Below are positions 11,921 through 25,214 of a DNA stretch of 64,000 nucleotides, piece by piece (position 1 is the stretch's first letter; every line of letters begins with the position of its first letter). Origin of the DNA: Podarcis liolepis (taxonomy: Eukaryota); assembly GCA_965112155.1 (NCBI GenBank), contig OZ218103.1; one strand, 5' to 3'. The notes below the pieces were generated by a model that was not told the origin of the DNA, did no database searches, and saw only the letters and a program-made list of their open reading frames with translations. Position numbers and translations under genes: made by a program.

Positions 11921-14900
11921 AAACAGAAATAACAATATACAACTAAGACTGCAATAACAGATGAAACAATTTTGTTTTTTTTAAGAAACCCAAAATGTAG
12001 CAACACTCTTAGAAAACTTTTTAGGAATCGGGGAAATGGCTCAGTAGCCTGGCCACCAAGTGTCAGTAAGGTGAATGGAGAACAGAAGAGAGGTATTGTC
12101 TGCAGCTATTCTGACCCTGCCCTCAAGCCCTCCAACCTTATCCACCTCCTTGCCCACCATGCTGCCTATAACCACTTGGATAGGGGCAGTATCCCTTCTC
12201 TCTTTACCCTCAGTCTTGCCAAAGCACAGTCAGACTCCCGATTTGCCATATTCGCCCCACTAACACACGCACATCACACCCAGTTCTGTCTTCTACCTAC
12301 TCCCAAGCGATTTCCTTACTCAGACCATTCACACTGCATAAACACAAATCACAGAGCGCCCCCCATCCATTATCACTCATGCCATATTACTCCCACACCT
12401 CCACCAATACTCACAAATGCACCATCCACCCAATCTCTCCAACACTTCCTTCTTAATCACCAATCTCTCAATCTAGTCTGCAGCAAAATATCAAGGCAAC
12501 AGTAAAAGCATTGGCAGAAGCGTATAAAATACTCATGTGTTGTTCTGGGCAGCTTTCTGGCTCTCACCCAGGTTGCTATTTCCCACCCAAGACTCTCAGC
12601 CAAGGATGGTTCACTCCACTCCCTGGTACTCCTTTCTCCCATCAATGATGCCCTCAGACATTTCTAGTCCACAAAACAGGGACTTCACAAAAAATAGTAG
12701 TTCAGTTTGAAGGCAAGCACCCTTGCCCTCATCACAACACTAAAGTGTGGCCCTACCCTTTGATTTTGCCCCTTCAAGCTATCCATATGTGGCAGACATT
12801 GCACTTCAGTGGTGCTGACTTTGTAGAGTAGACCTATAACTGCTGAAGTGCCTTATTCTACACAACTACTCAAGGTAGAGCAGTCCTGTCCTCTTCACCA
12901 TCTGGCCACTCTAGGTGTCTAAGGCAGCTAGCTAAAGAGCTTTCACTTGAATGGAACTGTGACATGGAAATTGCAAATGCAGCCTCGCAACACACCATGA
13001 ACCACACAGTCCTGGGGAAAAAATCCCTAAAGGGAAACATAGAAGCTGTGGTTTTAGCACTTTTCCTACTGACACATCTGCCACCAGAATTCCTGCTTCT
13101 CCACCATTTGATCAACATCCATCTATAATCTGTTTTATTTTGCCCCAACCTAAGACACACTTCAGAAACAAATGCAACATGAAGCTCCATTCAAATCCTT
13201 TTTCGGTGCTGCAAGCATAAAGTGATGGGAATGCATTTGTGATCTCAGCCTTTAAAAAAACAAAACACCACTGAGGTGTCAGACTTAGTCCTAGTTTTCT
13301 CATCCTGGTGTCCTCCAGATGCTGTTGAACTACAACTCCCATCATACCTGACTGCTGGCCATGGTGGCTGGAACTAATGGGAGTTGTAATCCAATAACAT
13401 CTAGGGGGCACCATATTGGAGAAAGCAGGTCTAGTCCTTTGAAACTAGTGGCTCAACCAGCCAGCATCACATTCTGCAGCAGTGGATACAAAAAAAACAG
13501 GTGCTGAAGGCAAACACAGACCGTCATTTCTGTACACCCTGCTTGTGAATAGCCAAAGACACTCAGCCAACCACTGCTGTAAACAGATCACTGACTGAGA
13601 TCCTGAAAGGCACCTCTCATCATGGTTGTTGGGTTTTCAATGGATAATTCAGTCTAATCCAGTCTAAGGCAAGCTGTGAGACAACCCAGGACACACTTAT
13701 TTTCCTTTCAGTGTTGCTCCTTCCTAGCTGTTTTCGTGCATTCTCTGAAGACAGGAATGGGATTGTACCCTCTGCCCCCACTTCCAACCTGTGAGTATTC
13801 CTTGAATAGGGCCTGCAGCATCTAAACAAGCACAGCCTCTCTCCGTGCAACTGTGAATTCTGCAAAAGGCAAGGTCCCTGTACATGTACACAGCCTGTGT
13901 GTGTCTATTTGTACACACAGATGCTCTAACCGCACCTTTGACCAAGTGCACAAAGCAATGACAGCAAGCCTGATTCCATCTTCCCTTCCCATGGGTATTT
14001 GGTGAAGGCCGATATGGGGAGAGGGAAGGGGCTCCTGTTGAATAATTGCCTGAGGCGGTAAGAACAAATGAACCATCATCATCACTCATCAGGAGATGGC
14101 AATTTTGCACATGCAAATTAGCAAGCCATCACCGCAATTAGGTGTGCAGATTCACTTTAAATTGCTATGAGCAATTTTCAAGGACTGTTTGTGTTCCATT
14201 AAGTACACGGTGATGTTCTATGGCTTTTCTTACGCTTTCACATAAGACACCATCAGAAAAATCAGAGCTATGGAACTGGATCTGGCCAGTGGGCAAAGTC
14301 AGTCATTCCTCATTGCCCAGTGGGCTGACTTGGTTTGCCTGGCCACACCCCTGTCCAAGTTCAAAGGGGCTAAATGTGCTGAATAGCAGTTACTGAAGTC
14401 CATATGCAAGCAAGGTTCAGATTCAAATGGACATTCCTCCTCTGCAGACAGTGTCCAAATGAAGAAAGGACCCTGACCTGGTTAAGACTATTTCAATGAT
14501 CTTATGAGAAGTACTGATTGCAACAAATATTGTTTTATGAAGAAGATCACGTATTGGTGCCAAAAATGTGAACTTACCCAAACAATGTGTGTAGCTATCG
14601 GTGCCTTCTTTAACTATCTGCATATATAAAACTTTCTTTCACAGAACACACATAGTCCAAAAAGCATATGTGTACATTTTTTAAGCCTGGAAAGAATTTG
14701 ATTAGATTCTAACACATCAGCTTGGGGTGGGTGGGTGAGGAGGAGTTAACTTTAAAATTAAATGACGTGCATAGAGGACTGGAATGAAACCTGTTCCTTC
14801 CTCTCTCTTAATTTCCCATGCTCCACAGCTGTAAGGTGGTTTCCCTTGGCTCACATCGGGTATCTGCAAAGGTGGGAGAAACCATTTTAGAGTAGGAGAG

Positions 14901-17818
14901 GGGTGAGAGGAAGGATGTGGGTTTTGTTTCTATCATTCATGCACTATGTTTAATGTTAGAAGCTAACCTCCAATTCCTACTTTACAGCCAAACCAGCCAA
15001 CATAAGCTTAATAAACATGTGTGCCTCAAGAAGCTGGCACCAGAGAACATTGGCTATCTGCCCTGACTGCCACCCTGACACACCCAAGCAGAGGCTCTTG
15101 CTTGTAAGTAAGAAAGAGATATTTATCCAGGCAAACAATGGTCCAGGTTCAGCAGCAGACACAAGAAACAGGAGTCATGGCTCAGGAGCTGAAGAGCAGG
15201 ACAAGAAGTTCAGAACTGGATGAAAGCAATGAAGATGCCCTAACAAGTTTCCACGCCTCACCCACCAAGCTTTGAAAGACAAGGTGTGGCACTCTCCTTT
15301 GCAAAACACCTTTGCCTTGCAGGAATGTTGGACCCACCCACCTTTCGGGTGGGTGGGTCTGTTACTCCCACCTGTGAAGGTAGCACCTGATTCAAGACTG
15401 CACTCTTCGGCTCGGGTTCCTGTTCAGTTGCTACCTCCAGTTCTGCCTCCCCACTTGGCTGTTCCAAGCCCTCCCCAGCCTCCACTGAAACTCTCCACTC
15501 TACAGGAAAATGAGGAGAAGCTAGCATCCCTGCTCCCTCTTCCCTAAGACCACTGGTCCTGTTAGCTAGGGATGATGGGAGTTGTAGTCCCAAAACATCT
15601 GGAGGGCCAGGTTTGCCTATACCTGAGTCAGAGCCTGCCAATCCAACCAAATTCTGACTGCACACTACAGGGCTCGTGACAATATTGACTACTCATAAGA
15701 AGGAAATCTTTGCATTATAAAAATGTCTTCTGTGCCCTCTGAGCATTTACCTCCCTACTAGCCAATTGAAATGGATCCCATTCTTTCTTAACACTGGAAG
15801 AGCATGAGACAATAACTGCCAAAGCCATGTTATTGTGCCTGTTTAATTGTTGCAGACAGAATGATATTTCACACCATGTAGATTTGCTGCTGCTGTTTTC
15901 CTGTGTACTAAATCCTGTTCCATGGAGCCCCACCCTGCAAATCCACATGCAGCCACAATAATAGTTATCTAAAGGTGTGATTGAAAACTAAATAGCAGTC
16001 ACTTATACAGCCATGTTTACTCAATGCCCTTCCTCTTCAACCAGGTCAGAGTGCAATTCCAGCATATAGTCATACTCTCTTTTCTGACATACTGTTTGCA
16101 TGCTCCATTCTTCACAATAAGCAGTAGTAGTTCTACATTGATGGAATGCAAGTTTGCGGTTTGTGGTGTAAAGAATTAATTCAAATAATTGCATTTGTGT
16201 CTACAATATTGGCTGAATGTGTTGCCCCAAACACATTTTAACAGGTGTTGGTTTAATTTCCTATGGTCCACACTGACTTTCCCTCCTTTTTCTTCTTCTT
16301 TTTTACTAACATTTACTAACACTAGCTGCCTGTTCAAAGTGAGAGGAGGATAGTGAAGAATATATGTACCAATTTACTGTGGAAAGCATAAATTATTTAT
16401 TTATTTATTTAAGTTCAAGTTCTCTCAACTTTTAAGGCATCGTGTTAGAGAATTATGACTAAGAACTCTTGCTAAAAGACATAAGTAGTGTCCTGTGGAT
16501 CCAATCAAGGTTCACATAGTCCAGCACTTTTTGCAACCTGCAACCAGAAGGGATTTAGGAGTGCTGAGTTCAGAGGCCTGGGACCCTTAGAAATCAGAAC
16601 ATGGACTGAGACTGTGGTTGTTAAATAAAGAGGTTTCTTTCGGAGTATTTTCCTTGTTCACAGTTACATGTGGACTGGTGTTGTTCCTCCCAGAATTATC
16701 TGCAAGTCCTGGGATAGACTACCGGTAGTCTATATTCTGGAATCCTGGTCTAGATCAAGGAATAGATCCACCATAGACTTTACAAAATGGTTCACCAGAA
16801 ACAGGGTAATAGGTCACAATTTAGCTTCTGCCCACCCTTCTGCCATAATTATCCCTGTCAGCTTTGGGGTGTCTTGACACTGCAGGTTTAATAGTAATTT
16901 GCTTTCCCCAAGGTACTCTGGGAACTGTAACAGTAGGGAAGATCTAGCTCAGTTCCCTCACCAAATTCTCATGATTCACTGGATACCCATCCAGAGTTAT
17001 AGGACTAAATCCAGGTTTGTCATATCCAGAGCAAATTTAAATCCCATTGATTTTAATGGGTCTATGCTAAGTATGAGTAGTTGGGATCCAAGCCATGGTT
17101 GGCATTACAGCACTAGCAATGCATGTCAGAGATGATGGGAGTTGTAGTCCCAAAACATCTGGAGGGCCAAGTTTGCCTATGCCTGGTATAGATCCCTTTG
17201 ACCAATTCCACACTGGAGAGCAGGGCTGCCTTTTGCTGCTGGCAGAGGGTCCCCAGATTCAGTCCTGGCATCATTAGTTAAAAAGGACCTCAGGTAGTAC
17301 ATTTAGGAAGTAAGTCACCTTGGAGAGCCACTGCCAATGGACAGCACTGGGTTTAATGGGACAAAGGCCAGATTCAATATAAGGTAGCTTTGTATGTTTA
17401 GCTCACGGCTAAGCAGCAAGGAAGGAAGCAACAATTAGGACAAAGGACTAAGAACTGAAAGCCAAATCTGCTGTCCAGTCACACTCTGAAAATAAGTCAA
17501 TCTTTCCATGCCCTAGTTGACCATCTGTACAGGGCAATGATTAGAATGTGCCTTTATCTGAAAATGGCTGAAAATGATTACAATGTGCATGACTCATTGA
17601 CAGAGCCCACTCCTAGCATGCAGAACGTCTTAGGGTCCATCACCATCAGGAGGGTTCGCAAAGACCTGCATCCTAAGAGGAGTTGCCAATCAGGGCAGAC
17701 AGAAGTGGACTGCACAGACCACTGTCCTAATTTAGTAAAGAGCAAAAACAGAAGCAGTTCCTAGGTCTACCTTACCCATCTTCCCTTCTTATAGAAAGTT
17801 AAAAGGCACAGGTATATT

Positions 17819-18022
17819 CACTGGTGGAGGAAGAGGAGTGCCGGGGGAGCGCACCGCCCCTGGCAGCACGATCCTGGTGGGGTGCCATCGTGGCTGTCCC
17901 CCCCCCGCCCACGCTGGGCACCACGCCCCTACGAGCAGCGTGCCATGCTCCCGGGACACCCGCCAGCCCCGCCCCCACCTGCTCTCCGTCCCCCGGTGCT
18001 GGAGCATGAAGCTCCGCCACTG
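17819..18022. mobile_element. GC-rich hAT (Tip100-like) MITE
   Basis: TIRs CACTGGTGGAG / CTCCGCCACTG; perfect 8-bp TSD GGTATATT. Confidence 0.85.
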
Positions 18023-19272
18023 GGTATATTGATCCTTGCAGATTTCATTCTCCACATCCCTCCATTGGGAGAACTATCCAGTTATTCCTTCTTTCTGCTT
18101 CATGTTTGTTAATCAGTTACTAATCCGCAATATGACTTTTCTCACTCCATCACTGCTAAACATTCTTTTTTGAAGTCTAAGTACACCGTGGCAACAGGAA
18201 CCTCTCTATCAATATGCTTGTTGACACTCTTCTAGTACTTGGGTAGGCTAGTGAGACAGGTCCTACACATGCAGAAGCCATGCTAGTTATGCTTCAGCAA
18301 GACTTGTCCTTCTATATGCTCAGTAACTCTGTCTTTAACAATGATTTCCATCAGTTTTTTCTGGAACAGACATTAAGCTAATCAACCTGTATTTCCAGGC
18401 TCTACCCCCCTCTAACCCCTTACTGTTGTTGGTATAGTTATTATGCCAATATGGATGTTTGAACTGAACATAGAAAAAAAAATATCAGGAGCATTTCCTA
18501 AATAAAGATTCTGTTAGATAAGCAAATTAAAAGCCACGTTATTGCAAGACCTTTCATGGCAAGGCACATGAGATGTAGAATTGTAACCTCCATGGCTACT
18601 GAGTGTCATTTCCTTAGCCATGGCAACAGCCAAGCTACTGTCACTGTAATTATACAATAATGGTTCGCTATCTGGGCAGACGTAACTCCTCAGTGAGACA
18701 CAGGAATGAGCAAAATAAGGGTTTGCATCTGCTAATAGAAATAAGCCCCCCTTTAATAACTGTCCTTGTGATCACAGTTGTGCTCATGTTTGCTGCTTTA
18801 CTCCCGCATCATTGGTAGATTCCCCAACCCCCTCCACCTTTGATGAGATTAACGCAAAGCCTTCAGAACTAAGTATGCAATGGGAAGGGTGTAACTGGCA
18901 GCTTTATTTAGCCTTAGGGTAATTTGACATGTTTGGTCACCAACGGGTTCTTCTGTTACAGGCAGGAGAGCAAGCCTTTCATTTCTGCAAGAAGTCTTTA
19001 ATTGTCTCCTGCATTCATTCCAACCTTGTCATTTCATGCAATTTTAGTGTTTTGGCAGACTTTCAATACCAACCTTAGCAAAGAGCTTGAGCTGTGATTG
19101 AAATTTATGCACAAAGGGCACACACACAGTCCAACTACACTTAAACAATGAGTTCAATGAGAGAAAGTAACTACGGTATTTCAAAAAATGAGCAACTGAA
19201 AGTTCATTCCATTTCTCACTGATCTGCACTACTGCAGTAGCAAAGGCAGTGAACTACTCCTTTCCAATAGGG

Positions 19273-19594
19273 CAGAGATCAGCAAACTGTTTCAGCAGGG
19301 GGCCGGTCCACTGTCTCTCAGACCTTGTGGGGGGCCGGACTATATTTTGGGGGGGAAATATGAACAAACTCCTATGCCCCACAAATAACCCAGAGATGCA
19401 TTTTAAATAAAAGCACACATTCTACTCATGTAAAAACACCAAGCAGGCCCCACAAACAACCCAGAGATGCATTTTAAATAAAAGGACACATTCTATTCAT
19501 GTAAAAACACGCTGATTCCTGGACTGTCCGTGGGCCAGATTTAGAAGGTGATTGGGCCGGATCTGGCCCCTGGGCCTTAGTTTGCCTACCCATG
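19273..19594. mobile_element. hAT (Charlie/OC1-like) MITE, reverse copy with an internal duplication of about 70 bp
   Basis: Reverse complement of 11542-11793; TSD caataggg/caacaggg (7/8). Confidence 0.8.
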
Positions 19595-20427
19595 CAACAG
19601 GGCTAGGGTGGTCATGTGTCCTATTTTAAAGAGGACAGTCCTCTATTTGAAGGGCTGTCTGATTTAAAGCCTAAGAACCGTTAGAAGGGAAAGCAGGAGG
19701 GGCCCTAGAGATGCCTTTCAGTTAGCACCTAGATACTTGCAGGCACACAAGTTACCTAACCATGACAGTCTGGGTTACTGTATTAATGCATCAATAAAAG
19801 CAAGCATTTCTGAATCTCCATATATACTGGTACATACAAACTAGCACATGCATGTTTTGTGCAAATCTGTGTCCTGATTTGTTTTCTTGGGGTTGAGTAA
19901 GTTGCCACCTACATGGGACCATCAAAGCAATTCACATTTGCAAATTTTGTCTTTTTCATTTTAATAATTTGTATGCTGCTTAATATTGCAGTGTCTAAGT
20001 GCACATCAAATGAAAATAGATATATAAGAGCACCCACCACATTTCCTGGTAAGGGATGGGCTGAATGCCTTTATTTGACACTGCTGGGATGGGGGACCAA
20101 TTGAGACGGATCTCTGAGACTTATGAGGAATCTGATAAATTCCTGAGTGATCTGGGAGCGGTCATAATGAGTTGCTGAGTGAAATGAAACCAATAAGCAG
20201 GTGACACCTAGCTCTATCTCTCTGTTTCATCTGAATTGGGAGAGGCAGCTGAGGTGCCAGAAAAGGTGCTTGGAGTAGGGTTGCCATATTTTGAAAAAGA
20301 AAAAAAAACTACGACAGCCATTCAAAGCAAATAAATGCAATTTGTCTCAAATTTTACCCCCGAAAAAGAGGGCGTGTCCTGGAAAAAGAGACACATGACA
20401 ACCCAAGTTTGGAGGCAGAGACAGGGT

Positions 20428-20747
20428 AAAAGGTAAAGGTAAAGGGACCCCTGACCATTAGGTCCAGTCGTGACCGACTCTGGTGTTGCGGCGCTCATCT
20501 CGCTTTATTGGCCGAGGGAGCCGGCGTACATGTGGCCAGCATGACTAAGCCGCTTCTGCCGAACCAGAGCAGCGCACGGAAACGCCGTTTACCTTCCCGC
20601 CGGAGCGGTAGCTATTTATCTACTTGCACTTTGATGTGCTTTTGAGCAACGGGTGGGAGCTCACCCCGTCGCGGGGATTCGATTGACCTTCTGATCAGCA
20701 AGTCCTAGGCTCTGTGGTTTAACCCACAGCGCCACCCGCGTCCCCTT
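20428..20747 (-). mobile_element. Sauria SINE
   Basis: GGGACGCGGGTGGCGCTGTGGGTTAAACC head and (ACCTTT)n tail on the minus strand; TSD GAGACAGGGT. Confidence 0.9.
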
Positions 20748-22899
20748 GAGACAGGGTGGATGTGGACAAATAAATTAAGTTGAATCTTGAAAAGACAAAG
20801 GTATCATCTGATTTCATCCTGTGGTGTTCCACAAAGACCACAATGGCCATTGTACAGGTAATGTAATGCTCAGTTGTACAGGACCCAAGTAGCTGCTTCC
20901 TAAAAAGTTGGTCCTAACTTCCTGGGTTACAGTGCTACAGGCCCTTAAAGGAATTCTATAGTCTGTTCTTCGAACCAAGTGAAGAGCAATAACAGAAACC
21001 CCCTGCCTGTTTCCAGAGGAGGATAAAGTGACTTTTGTCACTCACTTTCTGCTTGCACCAGTCCAAATGCATCTAATGGGCATTTTCTCTGAAGTGTATC
21101 CAACTTGCATAGTCTTCGTTGGGCCTTCTGCTGCACCTCCTCCCAACTACGGAAGATTGCAAGAAGCACAAAGCAGTTTACAGCCTGCATGGCAGCTGCT
21201 GTGATGTTAACACAGTGCTCCCCCTTCAACACTTACATTTCAGACAGTAAGGGAATTCTTCTTGTCCTCAGCCACTGACTACATAGCACCCATGTATAAA
21301 TCCCCATATAGAGCAATCAACATAGGACTCTGCCATCTAGGCACAAGCAGACTGCTAGGCCCATTAAAAAAGAACGCCTGGGTCTGCCGGTTGTGGGGGC
21401 AGCGCCATCGCTGTTGACTCCTACTCTAGATTTGCAGGCATCCTGCATGGTTTTTACAAACAGCACAACTCTAAGCAAGATCCTTGGCTGGCAGACAGCA
21501 AGCAAGAACCTACCCACACCCAGCCACTAACATTACTTTGTTCCTTTTCTTCTCCCGGGGAAGGCTTACAGGGTCTGCTGAGGATACAAACAGCCCACCA
21601 GAGCAAAGAATAAATTAGCACAGCTGGACTGCACAGTCTTAGCAGCTACTGAGTACTGTGCACTGACAAGCTACTTGGCAGGTTATGTCACAGTTTACAG
21701 GCACTGATTCATGGCTGCTAATTAGCGGCTATGGAGCGCCAGCCCTGCACTAGGTGCTGCACACAAGGCAGAAGTGACAAAGTCCCTGCCCAGCAGGCTC
21801 ACAATATTAAGCAGAAGACAGGACAAAAGCGAAGGGAGAGATTTGGAGAGAGGAGGAACAAGGGTGGGAGGGTGAGCTGGGAGCAGACAGCGCTAGCGAG
21901 GCCAGGCCAGGGTGATTCAGGAAAAGGCGTCTACAGTTCGTGATACAGTTTGTTTTTCTAAAATAAAGGCAAAAGCAGGAACTCTCTTTGCTGCAGATTA
22001 GCATTCATCTGTACAACACTGACAGTATTAATTGCATTAATGGTATTGGGTCATGCTTTTTTTCTTTCGGAGGGGGTGTTGTTGATCACAAGTGAGAAGC
22101 AAAGTAACAGGATTTACGTATCAACATCACTGTTGAAAACTTTAAGAGGGGCAGGGATGAGCAGGAGAAAAGTAAATCCCTGTCACTTCGGGGATCAAAA
22201 TGCCAGTTAGGGCTAGTTCATTCAGTACATCTTATGTCCTAGCAAATAGTTCTGGATAAATGGGGCTCTCAAGCACGAGCATAGCCAGGATTTTTGTTAG
22301 GGGAGGCGGGTTTTGGGGGCATAACCTCAGATTTGTATTGATTTGGGGGGCTGCTGCCTCCCTGCCTCCTCCTTGGCTATGCCCACACTTGATGTGTTGA
22401 TCAGGCAATCACATACATGGGGGCGGCAACAATCCCCAGGATTGTTCAGATACTCCCCCCCCCCCCCATTGTCACAGTCATGGTGCTCTCTGGAGACAAT
22501 ATGCATGATAACTTGTTACCAATTACATCCGCCCAGGCAAGTGCAAACCCAGGAAGAACTGGGTGGCTTAAAAATATATTGTGTAAATTGGCCCAGAGGT
22601 CAGAGCAATTTTATTCCTGGTTGCCAGAGCAGGCACTGACTTTTATGGCCAAAGCAACTGTCTTTCCCAAAAACTTAAAGAGGCTCAAGGAAGCCCACTG
22701 TCAGCTCAGTCCGTAGAGAATGAGACTCAGGTTTCTTTGGGTAAAAGATTCCTGTAATGTCGGGGAGGGGGTTGAACTGAAGGATGACTCTCGTGGTACC
22801 TTCCCACTCTGCGAGTCTGAGGCTGACTTGCCCTTGTCATCGAGCCCGGACCCCTGCTGGCTAGGGACTAAATTACAGCCCAAACCAGGAAGACTCCAC

Positions 22900-24660
22900 A
22901 CCAGCCGAGCTTTTGACCACGCTCGGCAAGCAGATCCTTGCAGGACAAAACAAGCGAACAACAAACCACTTCACCCTCGATCCAGGCCCTACAGAAATAG
23001 ATCCCCGCTGCCATTCAGCAGTGCTTGCATGCCCGCGTCTGTGCTCCAACCACTCTCAAAAAAAACACCATGGGCCGTGGGGTGTGTGCGCGACTCAGGC
23101 GCTCTCCGGAACTTCAGCTCAACTTCAGGCTAACGAAAGACTCGCGCATCGCCCTCGATGAGACCAGTGAAGCCATCGCAGCCCCTAGAAACGGCTCCGT
23201 TTCCTTCTCAGCGCCGCCGCCGAGCTCCTTTCCCCGCAAGGACTGGCTCTCTCTCTTCCCACCCTCCTCAACCCCGCAGGAAAGGGCGCTGCAAACTCAC
23301 CCCAAAGTGCTGATGAAGCCATTGACCGACCCTTCGGCGTACAAGGAGACGATGTCCCCAATGTGCAAGAAGCTGGACATCTCATTCATGATTCCAACTC
23401 GGCTGGTGTCCCGACGCCTTGCCCGCCTCCCCCCCTTCTCCTCTCTCGAGCTGTTCACCTCCCACCCGGGCGATCCACCATGTGGCCGGCGGGGCACCAG
23501 GATGCAATGGTCCAAAGGCTCCTCCGCCAGAGAGGGGCGTCCGGGCAAGGGATCGCCCTCCGTTCACACGTGCTTGGGCTTATCCGCCGGGACGAGGCTC
23601 GGCTCGGCAGCAAACGAGGAGGGAAAGAAGCGCGGCTGTGTAGTTGGGGCTGGCGCGCGGTGGAGGGGGGGGAGCGGCGGAGATCGGCCAGAGATTTGCA
23701 TGAGTTCCCAGCGAGACACTCTCTCTTTTTCGTCCAGCTCTCTACCTGCAGCCAATAGAAAGCGATCAGGAAGTCCTGATGAAACATTCGATGCAAATTG
23801 GGACTGCGAGCTGGGGGGGGGTGGCGGCGGAAAAGCCACACCCCTGCTGGCCACGCCCCTCCCACCCACGGAAGAAACTTTTCCAGCATTGAGAAAGCAA
23901 GAAAAAAAAGTCCTTTGCTTCTGAAGAAGCGCCTCTCTTGCATGTGGAGGGAACAAGAAACTTGGGGAGGTGGGTGGGGAGGGAAATGAATTGTTTCCTC
24001 TGCTCCACCTCCCCGCCCTCGCCCGAAGTGTGTGTGCGTTTGGTGAGCTTCAAAAAGGAGCATTATCTGATTGTTCTTGCCGGAACTGCCCACGATTACG
24101 GCGCGAGGCTCCTGCCAAAGACAACGAAGAATGAAAACAAACAGACAAACACACACACACGCCCCTCTTTTTTCCTCCTTACACCAATCTTCTCCATTCA
24201 CAGTCCTACCACGCTCTCTCTTGGGCTTTTGAATCCGATCCGAGGAGAAATGCTCTTAATTCGCGCATCAGTGAGCGCACGTGTGCATATACGCACACGT
24301 GTATGGACGCACAAGCCCACTCCACACCCGTGCTTCGTATACTTTCGTCGCCGCTGATTCACGTGGGGACAAAGTTGGTGGCGCTGAAGCCGGGAGTTGC
24401 GCGCGAGAGTGCTCTCGCCGCGGTCCGGGCAAGCGGCCGCGCGGGTTTCCTGTCGAGGTAGGCGCTGCAGCTCAGCCTCCGGCGACACACTGAAAGCCAG
24501 AGAGAGAGAGAGAGAGAAAGAGCAGAAAGCCAAGACTCGCTCGGGCTAACTCTCCCTTTTGTTTCGCTTGGCTGTAGAGTAGCTACGGTAGTTGTTTTTA
24601 AAGCGGCCGCGGCCCTTTATTCTCAGAATCTGCTCGACCCAGAGAAAGAAGGAGGGGCGG
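22900..24660. promoter_or_regulatory. ITPR3: CpG-island promoter of ITPR3 (possibly bidirectional)
   Basis: High CpG density around exon 1; CCAAT 23751, ETS core CAGGAAGT 23767, octamers 23694 and 23791, KLF/Sp-type CCACGCCC at about 23851, E-boxes 24278/24296/24360. Confidence 0.85.
23301..23389 (-). CDS. ITPR3: Inositol 1,4,5-trisphosphate receptor type 3, first coding exon (89 nt, phase 2)
   Basis: Translates [29 protein letters not shown](G), the ITPR3-type N-terminus (ITPR1 has DICS...STNG, ITPR2 has FLYIG); ATG in ggaatcATG context; donor GG|GTGAGT at 23300; GGNBP1-like neighbour fits mammalian synteny. Confidence 0.95.
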
Positions 24661-24839
24661 AGATAAAAGGGGAACCTGACATCAGTTTAACCCTGTAAAA
24701 AAAAAGCTAACAGATTCCCGTATTTGACACACGCAAAAGAACTTCTTTGAAACAACAGTATTTACCACTTTCAGAAAGAGAGGGAGTTGTACCAAAACAT
24801 CTAGGTAGTGCCAGAAGTTCTGGCTTCCTTTCAAAGTTT

Positions 24840-25065
24840 ATTTATTTATTACATTTATATCTCGCCTTTCCTCCAGGGAGCTCAAAGTGGCCTACAGACT
24901 TCTCCGCCTCCCCATTTTATCCTCACAGCAACCCTGTGAGGTAGGTTAGGCTGAGAGTGTGAGACCACCAGTCCAAGGTCCCCCAGCGAGCTTCATGGCT
25001 GAGTCAGAATTTGAACCCTGCTCTCCCAGGTCCTAGTCAGGCACTCTAATCGATATACCACACTG
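24840..25065 (-). mobile_element. MIR-like/L2-partner SINE (similar copies at about 9920-10130 and 59520-59620)
   Basis: cctcacagcaaccctgtgaggtaggttagg...ccaaggtc...gaatttgaaccc core-SINE pattern with a (TTTA)n tail. Confidence 0.65.
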
Positions 25066-25214
25066 GTGCTCATGTTACTTGCTAGATGCTGTTGCACACC
25101 ACAACAATCTTCCCAAGCGGTGTGAGATTCCAGGTGTTTCAGGTGCACCTACCAGAGACTGTGATCCCTTTTGGGACAACAAGGCACAACAGAGACTGTA
25201 GTGTCTTTATGATA

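Noticed and set aside
11972-12505. 177-aa His/Pro/Thr-rich ORF
   Set aside because: C/A strand-biased sequence with a non-ATG start and no splice or homology support; probably an old repeat
21038-21232. Exon-like segment with a GTGAGT donor on the minus strand in ITPR3 intron 1
   Set aside because: Translation does not match any IP3R sequence; no support beyond the donor motif
23025-24201. Long overlapping ORFs (299 aa +, 248 aa -) around ITPR3 exon 1
   Set aside because: Stop-poor GC-rich island; low-complexity R/P/G/S translations with no recognisable domain. Only the 89-nt ITPR3 exon is supported.
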